A DNA stretch of 37,253 nucleotides from Octopus bimaculoides (Eukaryota): positions 48,992,149 through 49,029,401 of the forward strand of contig NC_068998.1 of the NCBI RefSeq assembly GCF_001194135.2, written 5' to 3'. Under the pieces are notes generated by a model. It saw nothing but the letters and a program-made list of their open reading frames with translations, made no database searches and was not told the origin of the DNA. Position numbers and translations under genes: made by a program. Shown here piece by piece: positions 1 through 11,090 of this stretch (position 1 is the first letter of the stretch; the number at the start of each line of letters is the position of its first letter).

Positions 1-73
<73 letters not shown>
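1..73. repeat. (GA)n microsatellite
   Basis: Pure GA dinucleotide run read directly from the sequence. Confidence 0.99.
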
Positions 74-76
<3 letters not shown>

Positions 77-212
77 ATAACATATTTACATTATGATAAA
101 GTTTATTGCCCAGGACTATGTTACTACTTTTTAACCTCAGGAAAACATCTTTTCCAGCTGGTTATCGATACATGATCTGCGTCCGAGACATACTGTAAGT
201 AAGGGGATTTAG

Positions 213-330
213 ACCTCGTTATACAAACACCTCTTATCACGAACAAATCGATTTACGAATAATTTTTCGAACATGAAACGTCTTGGGTGACGAGCGGTGT
301 CTCGAATAACGAACATGCAAGCCGGCAACA
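213..330 (+). mobile_element. Probable pogo/Tigger-like DNA transposon terminal fragment
   Basis: GACCTCG is followed by spaced copies of an ACGAAC-like motif (ACAAAC, ACGAAC, ACGAAT, TCGAAC, ACGAGC, ACGAAC). This resembles Tigger-type subterminal repeats as I recall them. No matching second end was found. Confidence 0.55.
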
Positions 331-492
331 ACTGTTGGCGATAAGCTGAGAATGTCAGCGAGAGAGGGTCAGCTGCTGCCGCCATTTGCACTCGGTGGAA
401 ATCCCTGCTCGAATTCGCTGTGCCTTCTCTTGAACTTCCTATGAGGAAAATAGTTTTGGTTACTGATAATAACGACAGCTAAAATGCTGCTG

Positions 493-662
493 CAGATGAT
501 GATTATGTCAATGATGATGATGATTGTGATGACAATGATGATAATTATAAATGATAATTATGATGATGACGATGATGATGATGACGATGATGATGATGAC
601 GAAGTTGATAACGACGATGGTGATGATGGCGATGGTGATGATGACGATGATGATGATGATGA
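493..662. repeat. Imperfect (GAT/GAC)n trinucleotide repeat
   Basis: Degenerate GAT array; it explains the poly-Asp and poly-Met ORFs in the track. Confidence 0.95.
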
Positions 663-799
663 AGTGGAAAAAGAAGACATGGAATTTTGTCTGCCAATTT
701 TACCAAAACGTAAAGTTCCAGCGTCTCTCAATTCTCCTTTGGGTTTCTAAGAATCTGATTTATATTTTCTCTTTCTTTTTCCCCTCACTGCCTCCTTCC

Positions 800-800
<1 letters not shown>

Positions 801-877
<77 letters not shown>

Positions 878-992
878 GCAAATTTATTTCAGTCTGTGTT
901 TATTCCACTAGGAATAAATTGTTGACGTTTGAATCAAATAAATTTCAGTGGTTTCTTTTCTAATAATTTTATTCATTGAAATAAGTAAAACA

Positions 993-1063
<71 letters not shown>

Positions 1064-1090
1064 TGATGATGATGATGAGGATGATGATGA
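801..1090. repeat. Microsatellite cluster: (CT)n 801-866, (AAT)n ~992-1060, (GAT)n ~1060-1090
   Basis: Read directly from the sequence. Confidence 0.95.
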
Positions 1091-1214
1091 TTTCATTTAT
1101 TTGTCACAAGGGCGAAGAATGTGGGAGACAATACACAGACAAACATAAAGTGTGGGGGTTTACATATAATGTAATGATAAAAAAAAAAAATGAAAGAAAG
1201 AAAGTATACACTGT

Positions 1215-1480
1215 CCAAGATTTCCCTGAAACCCCAGGAGCAAGTACCCTTTCCAAATCCTTCTCTCCGACTCACAAGTCTACACTTAGAGAGGTACCAT
1301 CCACTCTTGCTGTTTTCGCAACTTTTACTCACCTTTCAATAAACTCACTCTCAGTTTCCTTTTCAAGTGAAACTTGAAGAAGTCAATGAGAGTTCTACCA
1401 AAGAGGAATGTATCTGTTCTTATTGGTCTGGGCAAGTCACCACGCCATACCATGACGATGCTTAATAGACCAAAAGTCAA
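1215..1480 (-). mobile_element. Decayed 3' end of an L1/Tx1-like LINE ORF2 (copy 1)
   Basis: Minus strand reads VWRGDLPRPIRTDTFLFGRTLIDFFKFHLKRKLRVS and, after a frameshift, ER*VKVAKTARVDGTSLSVDL* (stop 1274-1272). It is clearly homologous to the plus-strand copy at 33330-33502. The clade assignment comes from resemblance to Tx1-group ORF2 C-termini. Confidence 0.75.
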
Positions 1481-1600
1481 ACTATTTGAAGAGATTTGTT
1501 TATATGGGTACTGAACAGAATAACATGATTTGAGGGCTTTTACTTGCCGTTAGAGTTGAGATGTAGAAAGAATTTAAACGGTTTGAAGATTTGCATTTTA

Positions 1601-1712
1601 GGTTATAGGGTTAGGGTGCTGTACTCACGATCGCTGGGTCCTAGTTTCGATTCCCGGATCGGGCAACATGTAGTGTTCTTGAGCAAAACACTTCATTTAA
1701 CGCTGCTCTGCG
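1601..1712 (+). mobile_element. tRNA-derived SINE head fragment
   Basis: A-box-like segment, B-box-like AGTTTCGATTCCC (~1643-1655), then GTGTTCTTGAGCAAAACACTTCATTT, which is shared with the SINE at 14507-14839. Confidence 0.75.
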
Positions 1713-2861
1713 GATGGGGGAGTGACAGAATCGGTGACGCGTCGGCAGAAATTTTTTACGGTATATCTTCGGCCTCTCTACATTCTGAACTCAAATACCT
1801 CCTGTCTAGAGAAGGCAATGGAAAAATCACTCAGGTATTCACCCGGGGTTTATTTATGGTAGCCGAAATTCTATTAATCTATTTATCGGCAGCAGAGGAG
1901 GATTCAGGCCCTCCCAGATCGTATAGTGCTGGAGAAGGTTCACATACGCAGGACGTGCCCATGGACAGACCACTACAAGACTAGAGAACTTTTTATAATG
2001 TACACAAAAGTGGACATACTAAAAATGTTGTCTTATGTGCATTACCGTACATGCGCCCAGAAAGTGAATTAATTAATTCATAAGTATATTATTACACTGT
2101 GCCTTGTTTATTAATATAACTCAAGTGTTAGTGCCACACATTTCGGTTACTTCGTATACAGAGTCGTGTTTGATCTTAAATCTTTCTATTTTTATTAGAT
2201 CTCCATCGTAGGAAAAAAAAACAACCCAAAACCCCAGTTTTCTGAACACGGAAAGATAACTGATAACTACTTATAGCGTATACAAACCAGCGAAAGTGCT
2301 GAGTATAATTTCGCAAGTAAATTTAAAAGAAAACGTTAAAAAAGATCGATTCCACGTTTTCCACGTTTTCTTTGCCGTGGAAGGAGAGATAAATCCTGAA
2401 ATGTAATCTCTATTCTTTTTTTGTTTGTTTGTTTTAGAGTGAAGCTGTGATTAAATGTTTATTAAAAGGTACATCCTACATTTCAGATAGTTTAATACAT
2501 AGATAGTAAGTTAAAAAAAAAGAATGAAATAAAATAATAATAAAAACCCATTTTCATTAACAGAAAAAGGAAGATGATAGATATACATAGATTCCTCCAG
2601 GCACCAAACACACAAGCAGATACACAGGCTGATAGATAGATAGATAGATAGAGAATAGATAGATAGATAAATAGATAGAAAGATAGACTGATAGATAGAT
2701 AAAAGCATACACATTATGCAAACATTATTAGATATAGAGGAGATAAACAGAGGAATAACATGTGAAATGCGATAAGTAAATTTCGTGTTGGATATAGTGT
2801 AGAAATATTGAAACAATAGCAATCAAAGAATATGTATAATGAATGCACACAGCCACACACA

Positions 2862-2916
<55 letters not shown>

Positions 2917-3163
2917 GAAGAGATGACAGATAGGATGAAAGAACGAAAGGAAGAAACATTGAGTGAAGAATAGAAACTGATTTGTATCATAAGCCGAGGA
3001 TCACACAATTTCGCTGGCGGAGATATTTTAATTACTGTGTTGTGATGGGATTCAGAAATAGGAAACTGTGATATACAGTATCAATGACTTCATAAATACG
3101 AAATATCAATTGCTAAAACGAAAGGAAATCAGCCGCCTTTCTCTTTCTCACTCTCTCTGTCAT

Positions 3164-3221
3164 TGTTGTTGTGGTTCACATGACATCCTTACTGTTGTTG
3201 TGGTTCACATGACATCCTTAC
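3164..3221. repeat. 29-bp direct tandem duplication
   Basis: TGTTGTTGTGGTTCACATGACATCCTTAC twice, exact. Confidence 0.95.
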
Positions 3222-3639
3222 CGTCGTCAACCCTTCACCTCCACTTCCTACTCCCAACCGTCTCCTCCTCTTCCTGTTACTCATATACCTCTACGTAGGC
3301 GTAATTGTTGCTATTCCTATTCTCGTTGTTGTTGTTGTCTGACCCTACGTCAAGCATGTATGTTGTTCAAACATGATCCATTCTTGAACAAGCTTTGCCC
3401 CACCCCCAGTGAAACACGTATTTCTATATTTAATGAGCGATACATATTTGGGTACTATTTCTAGCATGTGATCCAATGACTATGTAGTTAGTCATTACTT
3501 ATATATTCATGGTGCACGCGTTCAATATCACTTAAAGTAGCCAATTCCATTGTTGTTTCTTTCTTGAGTCCTAAGTACGGTTACTCGATTTTCCTGGCCT
3601 AAGAGTGACCGAGATCGCAACGTTCAACCTAATTAGGAC

Positions 3640-3797
3640 ACCGGTTTATCACAGGGTTACTAATTTACAGCTAAGTGAATTGGAGCAACGCGAGATCATG
3701 AGTGTTACTCAAGAACTCAACGCACCACTCATTCTGGGAATCGAAACCAGGATCTTAAGATCATGAGTGCAGCATCATAACCACGAAGTCACATGCC
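3640..3797 (-). mobile_element. tRNA-derived SINE, diverged
   Basis: Minus-strand B-box (plus strand GGGAATCGAAACC) and a body homologous to 4000-4197 and 14507-14640. Confidence 0.75.
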
Positions 3798-3804
3798 TTT
3801 AAAA

Positions 3805-4197
3805 CTGGTACTCCATCGCTTACGACGACAAGTGTTGCAGTTGGTCCGATCAACGGAACAGCCTGTTCGTGAAATGAACGTGCAAGTGGCTGAGGACTCC
3901 ACAGACACGTGTACCCTTAACGCTAGTTCTCAGGGAGATTCAGTGTGGCACAGAGTGTGACAAGGCTGGCCCTTTGAAATGCAGGTACTACTTATTTTTG
4001 CCAGCTGAGTGGACGGGAGCTGAATACCCAAACCACTAAGTCATATACCTTTATACATACATACACACATACATTCATACATACATACAACGTGAAATAA
4101 AGTGTTTTGGTCAGGGCCATAACGCGCCGCCGGGAATCGAACTCGCGACCTTACGTTCGTGAGCCGAATGATTTAACCACTAAGTCACAGGCTTCCA
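3805..4197 (-). mobile_element. tRNA-derived SINE, near full length, interrupted by a 68-bp insert
   Basis: Reverse-complement homologue of 14507-14839 and 16376-16666 (shared AAAGGGCCAGCCTTGTCACA and GAATCTCCCTGAGAAC); B-box on the minus strand at ~4133-4145. Confidence 0.9.
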
Positions 4198-4649
4198 CAC
4201 GCCTTTACAAAGTTGGGAATCAGATAAAATGACTTAGGTGAATATTTCACCTTTCCATTCACCTGCATTAATCCTATGTCAACCTCTACCAGCTTCATAT
4301 TAAATATTCATGATGTTTTTCTTCTGAGTTCTATTTTTAAAATCTTTTAGAAGAAAATACTTGAAGCCTTTAAAAGTCGTCGCCATCGCTGTTGTTATTG
4401 TTGCTGTTCTCGTTGTCGTTTATTCCCATTTAAGCTGAACGGTGAATAAATCTGTGGTCGAAAGTCTTCCAGCCATGATGCGTTTGTTTACAGAGCTGTG
4501 TCGTTTCCTTCAGAAATTGATAGAATTCTTTATTGTTACATGTGAGGAGTTTAGCTGCTACTTCTAGCAGTTTGAATGACCACATAGAAAGATCCTTGTC
4601 AGTTCCTGATTAAAAAAAAAAAATCCTTTTCTCATTTTTGTCTTTTTAA

Positions 4650-4861
4650 TTGATTTAGTCATTAGACTGCGGCCTTGCTGGGGCACCACTTATAAGCGTT
4701 TAATGGAACGAATCGACCCTGGAACTTATTTTTTTAAAGCATGGTACTTGTTGTATCGGTATCTTTTGCTGAACCGTTAAGTTATAGTTAAAATAAAACA
4801 CACCAACACCAGTTGTCAAACGTTAGTGGTGGACAAACTCAGACACAAAGACACACACAAA

Positions 4862-4865
<4 letters not shown>
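4650..4865 (-). mobile_element. SINE 3' part, second family, abutting (CA)n
   Basis: Reverse-complement homologue of 27094-27290 (e.g. CACACCAACACCAGTTGTCAA, GACTGCGGCCTTGCT). Confidence 0.8.
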
Positions 4866-4904
<39 letters not shown>

Positions 4905-5738
4905 ACTCACGTATATATTAATTTAAGAAAATAGAGACTTTTCCGACTCTGATCAGAATTTGATCCAAAAGATCTTTATGTCAAAGACCTCGAATTGGGA
5001 CAAACTTGGAGTCTTTTTTTCCAAAGGCAACTTAATCAGAATGCATTACGTAATGCGGTGTCTTTCGGATATTTAAGGCAATACGAATGACTTATAGGAT
5101 ATTTAGCTGCTATCTCTGACGGGTCAGACGATTACGCCGACGGAGGCTGCTTCATTCAGACAGAGCAGTAACACTTCAAGCATTTCATTGAAGAAGCAGA
5201 CAGAACCAAAAATATGTACTTCATGTCGTCAAAAGGCATGATGCAAATAGTTTTACCTTTTTTTTCAACCGGAAACGGTTGTCATGTTGGTGCACTGCGT
5301 TTGATAAAATAGTTGCTGTAAATTTCAGGCAGTAAAATCGAACCCAAAACCTTGTGAGTGGGAAACGAATTTGTAAAACCCTTAATCATGATTTACACAA
5401 AATTGCCGAGTGATAAAGAAATAGTAACTAAAATCCCTCATTACTATTTTAATGAAAGTGGGAGACATTGGATAATCTAGACTTGAGCAATATGTTTGAA
5501 TAAAGGCTCATAGAGTGGTAGACGGGCCGCTATGAACCATGGAATTCCTGCATCAAGACTTATTTCACATGAATGATCTCATATGGTGTAGCTCAGTCTG
5601 CTAGAAACAGCAGCCACATCTCACTCATTTTAAGTATGATTGCATTTCACATATGATCACAAAAAGAGATAAGACCACCACCACAACAACAATAACCACT
5701 ATATATATATATATGTATATATGTATGTGTGTGTGTCT

Positions 5739-5810
5739 GTATGTATGTACGTATCTGTGTCTGTATGTATGTACGTATCTGTGTCTGTATGTATGTACGT
5801 ATCTGTGTCT
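5739..5810. repeat. 24-bp compound minisatellite, 3 copies
   Basis: GTATGTATGTACGTATCTGTGTCT three times. Confidence 0.95.
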
Positions 5811-6559
5811 GTCTGTCTGTCTATCTATGTCTTACAAAGAATAAGAAAGAAACGATCTTTTGAATTCTTCATATTTAGCGGTGAAAACTGATTTGGCCAA
5901 TTTCAAACATTAGGCATTTCCACACCTTGCATTGAAGTAAGAATATGTTTGAAGCTTAAGTGATGTTAAAGAATTGAGAAGAAGAATTCTGCGGATATAT
6001 GTTTAATCTAGTGTATAATCATTTGTTTTATGTAGTAAATATACGTACAAGCACAGATGCACACACATACATATAAACATATATATAGATATACGTACAC
6101 TCAGCCACACACGTGCTTATACGCAGGCACTCAAAAAACAATACACCCCCACCCATATATTTATATATATATATATTTGTCCTTTGTGTTAATTTCAATA
6201 TTTTGAATGGTATTTCATCAATGCAATTCAAAGACATTCTCCAACACTTTGATCTCAAATACGATACATTTTAAGTTTCAAGACAACACAACAGTCTTCA
6301 CAGCTGACTGTTGTATACAATATTTTCCCCAGCTCTCCTTTATATATGTATGTGTGTGTGTGTGTGTGTACATACACAGATACAAACATACACACATACA
6401 TACACGCATACGTACGCACGAACACATATACACATAGATACACAAACATATACACATAACTATCTATCTATCTATCTATCTATCTATTTACCTATCTACC
6501 TATATCTATCTATATGTATGCATATATTTATATCTATACACAGATACACATATAAAGTG

Positions 6560-6590
<31 letters not shown>

Positions 6591-7003
6591 TACAAAGTCT
6601 CGCTCTCTCCCTCACACACACACGCATCTACAATCATATTAAGGATTAACTTTCACCGATATTATTTTTTTTTGCTATTATCTTTTTATATTATTAACAA
6701 CGTTCACAGCTTAGTATAAGCTTTGATACAATGTCATAATTTTATTTTTATCTGAAATAGACCCCATTACCACTCAAGAGCATTTGTACCCTTCTTCTAC
6801 CAGTATCTCTATCTTTATATTCTCTCTCTTCTCTTTAATTATCGTCTTTGAAAAATATTATCACGCTGTATAGGCAGACAGTTCTTAGTCTCCTGGCACT
6901 GACCATTCGTTTAAATATTTGTTTTCTTTTCACTTTTATTTCATTGTCACTTAGACTATCAGATCGATATTTTTGAAAAACAAATATTCATGATGTGACT
7001 TTA

Positions 7004-7004
<1 letters not shown>

Positions 7005-7044
<40 letters not shown>
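7005..7044. repeat. Poly-A tract (40 nt)
   Basis: Read directly; followed by an A/G-rich tail. Confidence 0.95.
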
Positions 7045-7046
<2 letters not shown>

Positions 7047-8212
7047 AAAAGAAAGAAAAGAAAATATTATGGACAGGAGCTTTTTCCAAAGCTGTTAAAG
7101 TTAGAAACACAGTAAAAGACAATAAATGATTGTCTGACCCGTATCAAAATTGATGCTTCCAGACACGCATTGAACATAACAATAATGCCAAACGCAGCGC
7201 AACACACAGGCCGCCACACAAACAAGGAACACGTGAGACGAAACTGAGAAACAACATCAAGCACGCCTTCCTATTGATTACGTCAAACATTCCGTGACCA
7301 TACAGTAAGACTAGACTTCTTGCTAAATGCTTTTCTTAATTAGTCAACCAACGTGAACACATACCTCCATTAGTAGAGCGATAAGTGCCTACCTGTGAAG
7401 TGAAGGAGTAGAATGGTAACCCGCGGAGAAATGCGTTTTTACATTGCAAAAGCAAGTATATCTTTATTAGGTGAGACCCCCAGATCTATTAAAAATGCTG
7501 TTGTTAATCTCTGCAACGGTGTCTAAACATTTCTTTAAAATAATCTGATTCTTTAACTTCGAATTTCAGATGGCATCTTTTGGAGTTACCATCATAATTG
7601 GTGTAGGTTCCATCCTAACATTTTAAGTGCAAAGATGAGATAAGTCTACCATTTTAGCGGATTACAAGTTACACAGTTCCAAGTAAATGACACTCAGTAA
7701 TTTTCGCAAAATGTTTTGTCGGTAATGGCATAAGTAGGAAGAACGTTATTGCCAGAACATAAAAAACACCAGAATCGATATATTTCAGATCCAGGAAATA
7801 ATTCCATTCGCAAACAATTAGGAACAAAATTTTAACTAACCTCTTGTAACTGTTGCTGCTGCATATTTGAAATTAGCCATTGATAGAGATAAGCGTTTGT
7901 AAGGGACATTACTGTTCTCTTCAGTGAACCAACTTGCAATGAGTATGTATTGACTATACATACTGAATCATTTCTGAATGATCAGAAACCTGACAAAAGT
8001 GGTTTTCCTAAGACTGCGGTCCAGCAACATAAATAAGATAAGTGAGAAACATGGCTTATATGATGCTCTTCAGAATCTGTTTATCTTTGTACATGGAGAA
8101 GTGGGATACCATTTAAGAATCTCATATACTGACAGACACAGAATAAAGTAGTCTGATGAATGTATTTCTATTCATATTTCTACATGCTTCGTAATAATTA
8201 CGAGTCTGAAGT

Positions 8213-8328
8213 AAAGAAAGAAAACGTTGATCTCGGTGATAGGATTCGAACTTAGAACGTACAAGACCGAAAGAAATGCAGTTAGGCATTTTGATCGGCG
8301 TGGTAATGTTTCAGCCATCTCGCCGCCT
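8213..8328 (-). mobile_element. tRNA-derived SINE head (third family), diverged
   Basis: Homologous to 26030-26130 (GAACTTAGAACGT...CTCGCCGCCTT). Confidence 0.7.
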
Positions 8329-8520
8329 TATTTTTCGGAGTGCTATGCCTAATTATATTGACATTACTATACTTTCCTTATCAGGAAAACATGTATTCAC
8401 TTCTAGAACATCCGCAATTTCTAATTCATTTCAAGAGACTGATTAATCTCATATGAAGACGCATTGTATTGTCTAATAACGAATCAGAATGTGGATCGCA
8501 ATAGCCTTGTTCTTCTTACG

Positions 8521-8601
8521 GACAGTTGCTCTGCGTTAGATATTCATGGACAGTTGCTCTGCGTTAGATATTCATGGACAGTTGCTCTGTGTTAGATATT
8601 T
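8521..8601. repeat. 28-bp tandem repeat, ~2.9 copies
   Basis: GGACAGTTGCTCTGCGTTAGATATTCAT twice plus a partial third copy with one substitution. Confidence 0.95.
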
Positions 8602-8733
8602 TTATTCGGGTTTATATCGTGATTTCTTTCAAGAAATCCTTTACCATCTCAATTCTCAGTTTCTTGGGCGTGTATACATACATATAACAAACGATCATTT
8701 GGATCTCATTACTTTACAATATATACATATACA

Positions 8734-9059
8734 CAGGGTGTCTCTAAAAATGTACTCACATTTTGATTCCAACCCATAACTTATTGAATTTATTTCTGTT
8801 TAGATCAAATCGATCTTAGTAATGGAAGAAGTACAACTAAGTTTTGGAGAAAAAAAATTTATCATAAAGTGCTACTGGAAGCACGAAAACATCATGGAAA
8901 TGCAAAGACAATTTAGAAGACATTCTCAAAGATCCATCAACACGAAAGATCATTGCTCGCTTCCGAGATAAGTTTGAATCAGATGAAATTGTGCATGGCG
9001 TCCATAAGAAGTGTTTAGAATGACTAAGGTCATTAACCAGCATTGCAAAGGAGAAATGA
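8734..9059 (+). mobile_element. Tc1/mariner transposon 5' fragment with decayed transposase N-terminus (DUF4817-like HTH)
   Basis: Begins CAGGGTGTCTC, a typical mariner TIR start. ATG at 8822 reads MEEVQLSFGEKKFIIKCYWKHENIMEMQRQFRRH, and after a frameshift DPSTRKIIARFRDKFESDEIVHGVHKKCLE*LRS. This matches the mariner HTH pattern. It is truncated before the DDE domain. Confidence 0.85.
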
Positions 9060-9321
9060 TGTATATATGCGAGCGTGGGATGTATGAATGTATATGTATG
9101 TAGTTATATAGCCCTGCGCACGCGTGTTTGTGTGAGTATGTGTGTGTATATGTGTATGCATGCCGTGTTACTGTATATATATACTCATATATTCATATAC
9201 TCATATATTCATATATACTCATATATTCATGTACAATCTCACGCGAAGAAAATGCAATTATTAAAAATTCGTTATTAATATTTCGATCAAACATGCAATA
9301 AATAGCTGGATTTCTGTTACA

Positions 9322-9388
9322 ATTTAATTACAATGGTCATCTAATTACCATGGCCATTTAATTACTATGACCATTTAATTACTAAGGT
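9322..9388. repeat. 17-bp degenerate tandem repeat, 4 copies, TAATTAC core
   Basis: ATTTAATTACAATGGTC / ATCTAATTACCATGGCC / ATTTAATTACTATGACC / ATTTAATTACTAAGGT. Confidence 0.85.
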
Positions 9389-9889
9389 ATTGCAGTCAAT
9401 ACCATCACTTAGTATGGTTTTGTAATTAATAGGGCTATGTAATTTGGTTAGTTAATTCTCATTTTGAAATTTGTACCCATTTTCTTTGGCTTTTGTTTAA
9501 TTTTCTTCTCCACCATGATTGCTTGAAATTAAATTGCATTTTATGAACACAATATTTTGTTTCTTTAGAATATTTATCATATTTTATCGTATTTATAATT
9601 AATGTAATTAATCCCCTGTAGTGTCTGAATGTTTTCATTGCCCCTGACGAAGAAAAACAAAAAAGATTTTGTAGCATTACAAGAGAGGAAATAAATTTTA
9701 AACTTATTTCATGATGAAGTTTTAATTTCAAAGTTATAGAAAGGACAAAGAAAGAAATAGATGCGATTACGATTTTGGAGTGTGGCCATGCAGGGGCATA
9801 ACATTGAAAAGTTTTCGGTCGAAAAAATGGACCCCAGTATTTATTTTGCAAGGCCTAGTATCAAATTAGTCTCTGAAAGAATCACAAAC

Positions 9890-10022
9890 CATTGATTGAC
9901 CTCGGTAGGATGAAATGCAAATTTGATGACGGCTGTATTCGAACTCAGACCATAGAGATTTACGACATCTACTACATGGCATTCTATTTGACGCTCTAAC
10001 ATTTGTGCTAGTTTGGCGCCTA
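9890..10022 (-). mobile_element. Old SINE copy (third family)
   Basis: GACCTCGGTAGGATGAAATGCAAATTTGA...TTCGAACTCAGA is homologous to 26006-26060. Confidence 0.7.
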
Positions 10023-10870
10023 CACTAACCAAGAGCTGTGAACCATCTGACAGGCTTCTTAGCTTCTGCCTAACTAAATTTATGCACAATGTTAATGTTG
10101 ACTTGAGGCTGTAGGAGATGACACTTGCTCAAGTTACAGACCACCGTTGTCTAACACATCAAATATATAACAGACTCAATAAGCAACCGTCCAATTTTCT
10201 ACAATGTAAGCAGGAAAAATGTTAGCATATTTTTGGAAATAAATCTATATGAGAGACTACTTAGTGATGCTAACTGCATAACAACGAAGGCACTTAAAAG
10301 CAAGATATTTAAATATGCATTAGTTTGAATATAATGATAACAGTGAAGCTGTTTTTGAAAAATATTACTGACAGTCTGGTTAAAAGAGTTTGAAAACATA
10401 TAAGATAATCTTGACAGAGGAATTTATTAATAAATTTCGTTTGTGAATAAACAGGTTTTCCATTTGTGCTAAGTCATAGCTAAATCTGTTATAAATCATA
10501 CACTATCGTTAAAAAACATACAGCAAAAAGAAACATAATAGGATGTAGGAGAATAGAGTTATGGATAATATTAAGAGAAGGATTAATATGGATAGAGTGC
10601 TTTAGGTCACAGACCTATCGAATTAAAACCACGAGGTATTAAACATCAACAACAAGAAACTACTTTCTGTTGATTTATTCTGTTTGTTATTTTTCTAATC
10701 TGAATAGAATTAATGATTATGACATAGAGTTGCAGTAAAAGATATTTTATTAGATAGGATTGTTGCATACGTATATTTTCATAGTTTGGAATAGAAACTT
10801 TATATTTTTTTAATGAACATTTGTAAAATAATAAATTTGAATGATGCCATTTGATGTTTTAAATATTTAA

Positions 10871-11090
10871 CCCATTAAGTCCAACTGTCCTATAAATAGG
10901 ACACTAAATGAAAACATTAAATAAGCTATATCACCTTGTCTCAGTGTCCTATTTATAGGACATTGAGTATTTCCATTTCCACTTGGAGTAATGGAGTTTT
11001 AATTAATTTTTTCATTTTAATCTATTTTCAATCATCTGTAAAAATTTAAAAGTAATATTCAGAAATTTAAGTACTCTGGGACTTAATGGG
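10871..11090. mobile_element. piggyBac-superfamily MITE, complete (220 bp)
   Basis: TTAA at 10867-10870 and 11091-11094; perfect 12-bp TIRs CCCATTAAGTCC / GGACTTAATGGG; CCC...GGG termini; no coding capacity. Confidence 0.9.

Noticed and set aside
209-438. Minus-strand terminal exon ending ...DKRCLYNEV*, with an acceptor at 439-440 and AATAAA at 107-102
   Set aside because: The ORF overlaps the Tigger-like subterminal repeat array, I recognise no protein family, and its apparent upstream partner exon proved to be LINE DNA. Exonisation cannot be excluded without RNA data.
484-1148. Poly-Asp, poly-Met, poly-Asn and poly-Leu ORFs
   Set aside because: These are translations of (GAT)n, (AAT)n and (CT)n repeats.
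1333-1510. Minus-strand exon with a perfect AAG|GTGAGT donor
   Set aside because: It is homologous to the LINE copy at 33330-33502; the donor is a W-to-stop mutation (TGG>TGA) within decayed ORF2.
7067-7264. Hydrophobic 65-aa ORF as a GPCR or membrane-protein exon
   Set aside because: No recognisable motif; TG-rich composition explains the V/C/L/F bias, and a second frame is equally open.
8521-8601. 28-bp direct repeats as a CRISPR array
   Set aside because: The units are contiguous with no spacers, there are no cas genes, and the context is eukaryotic.
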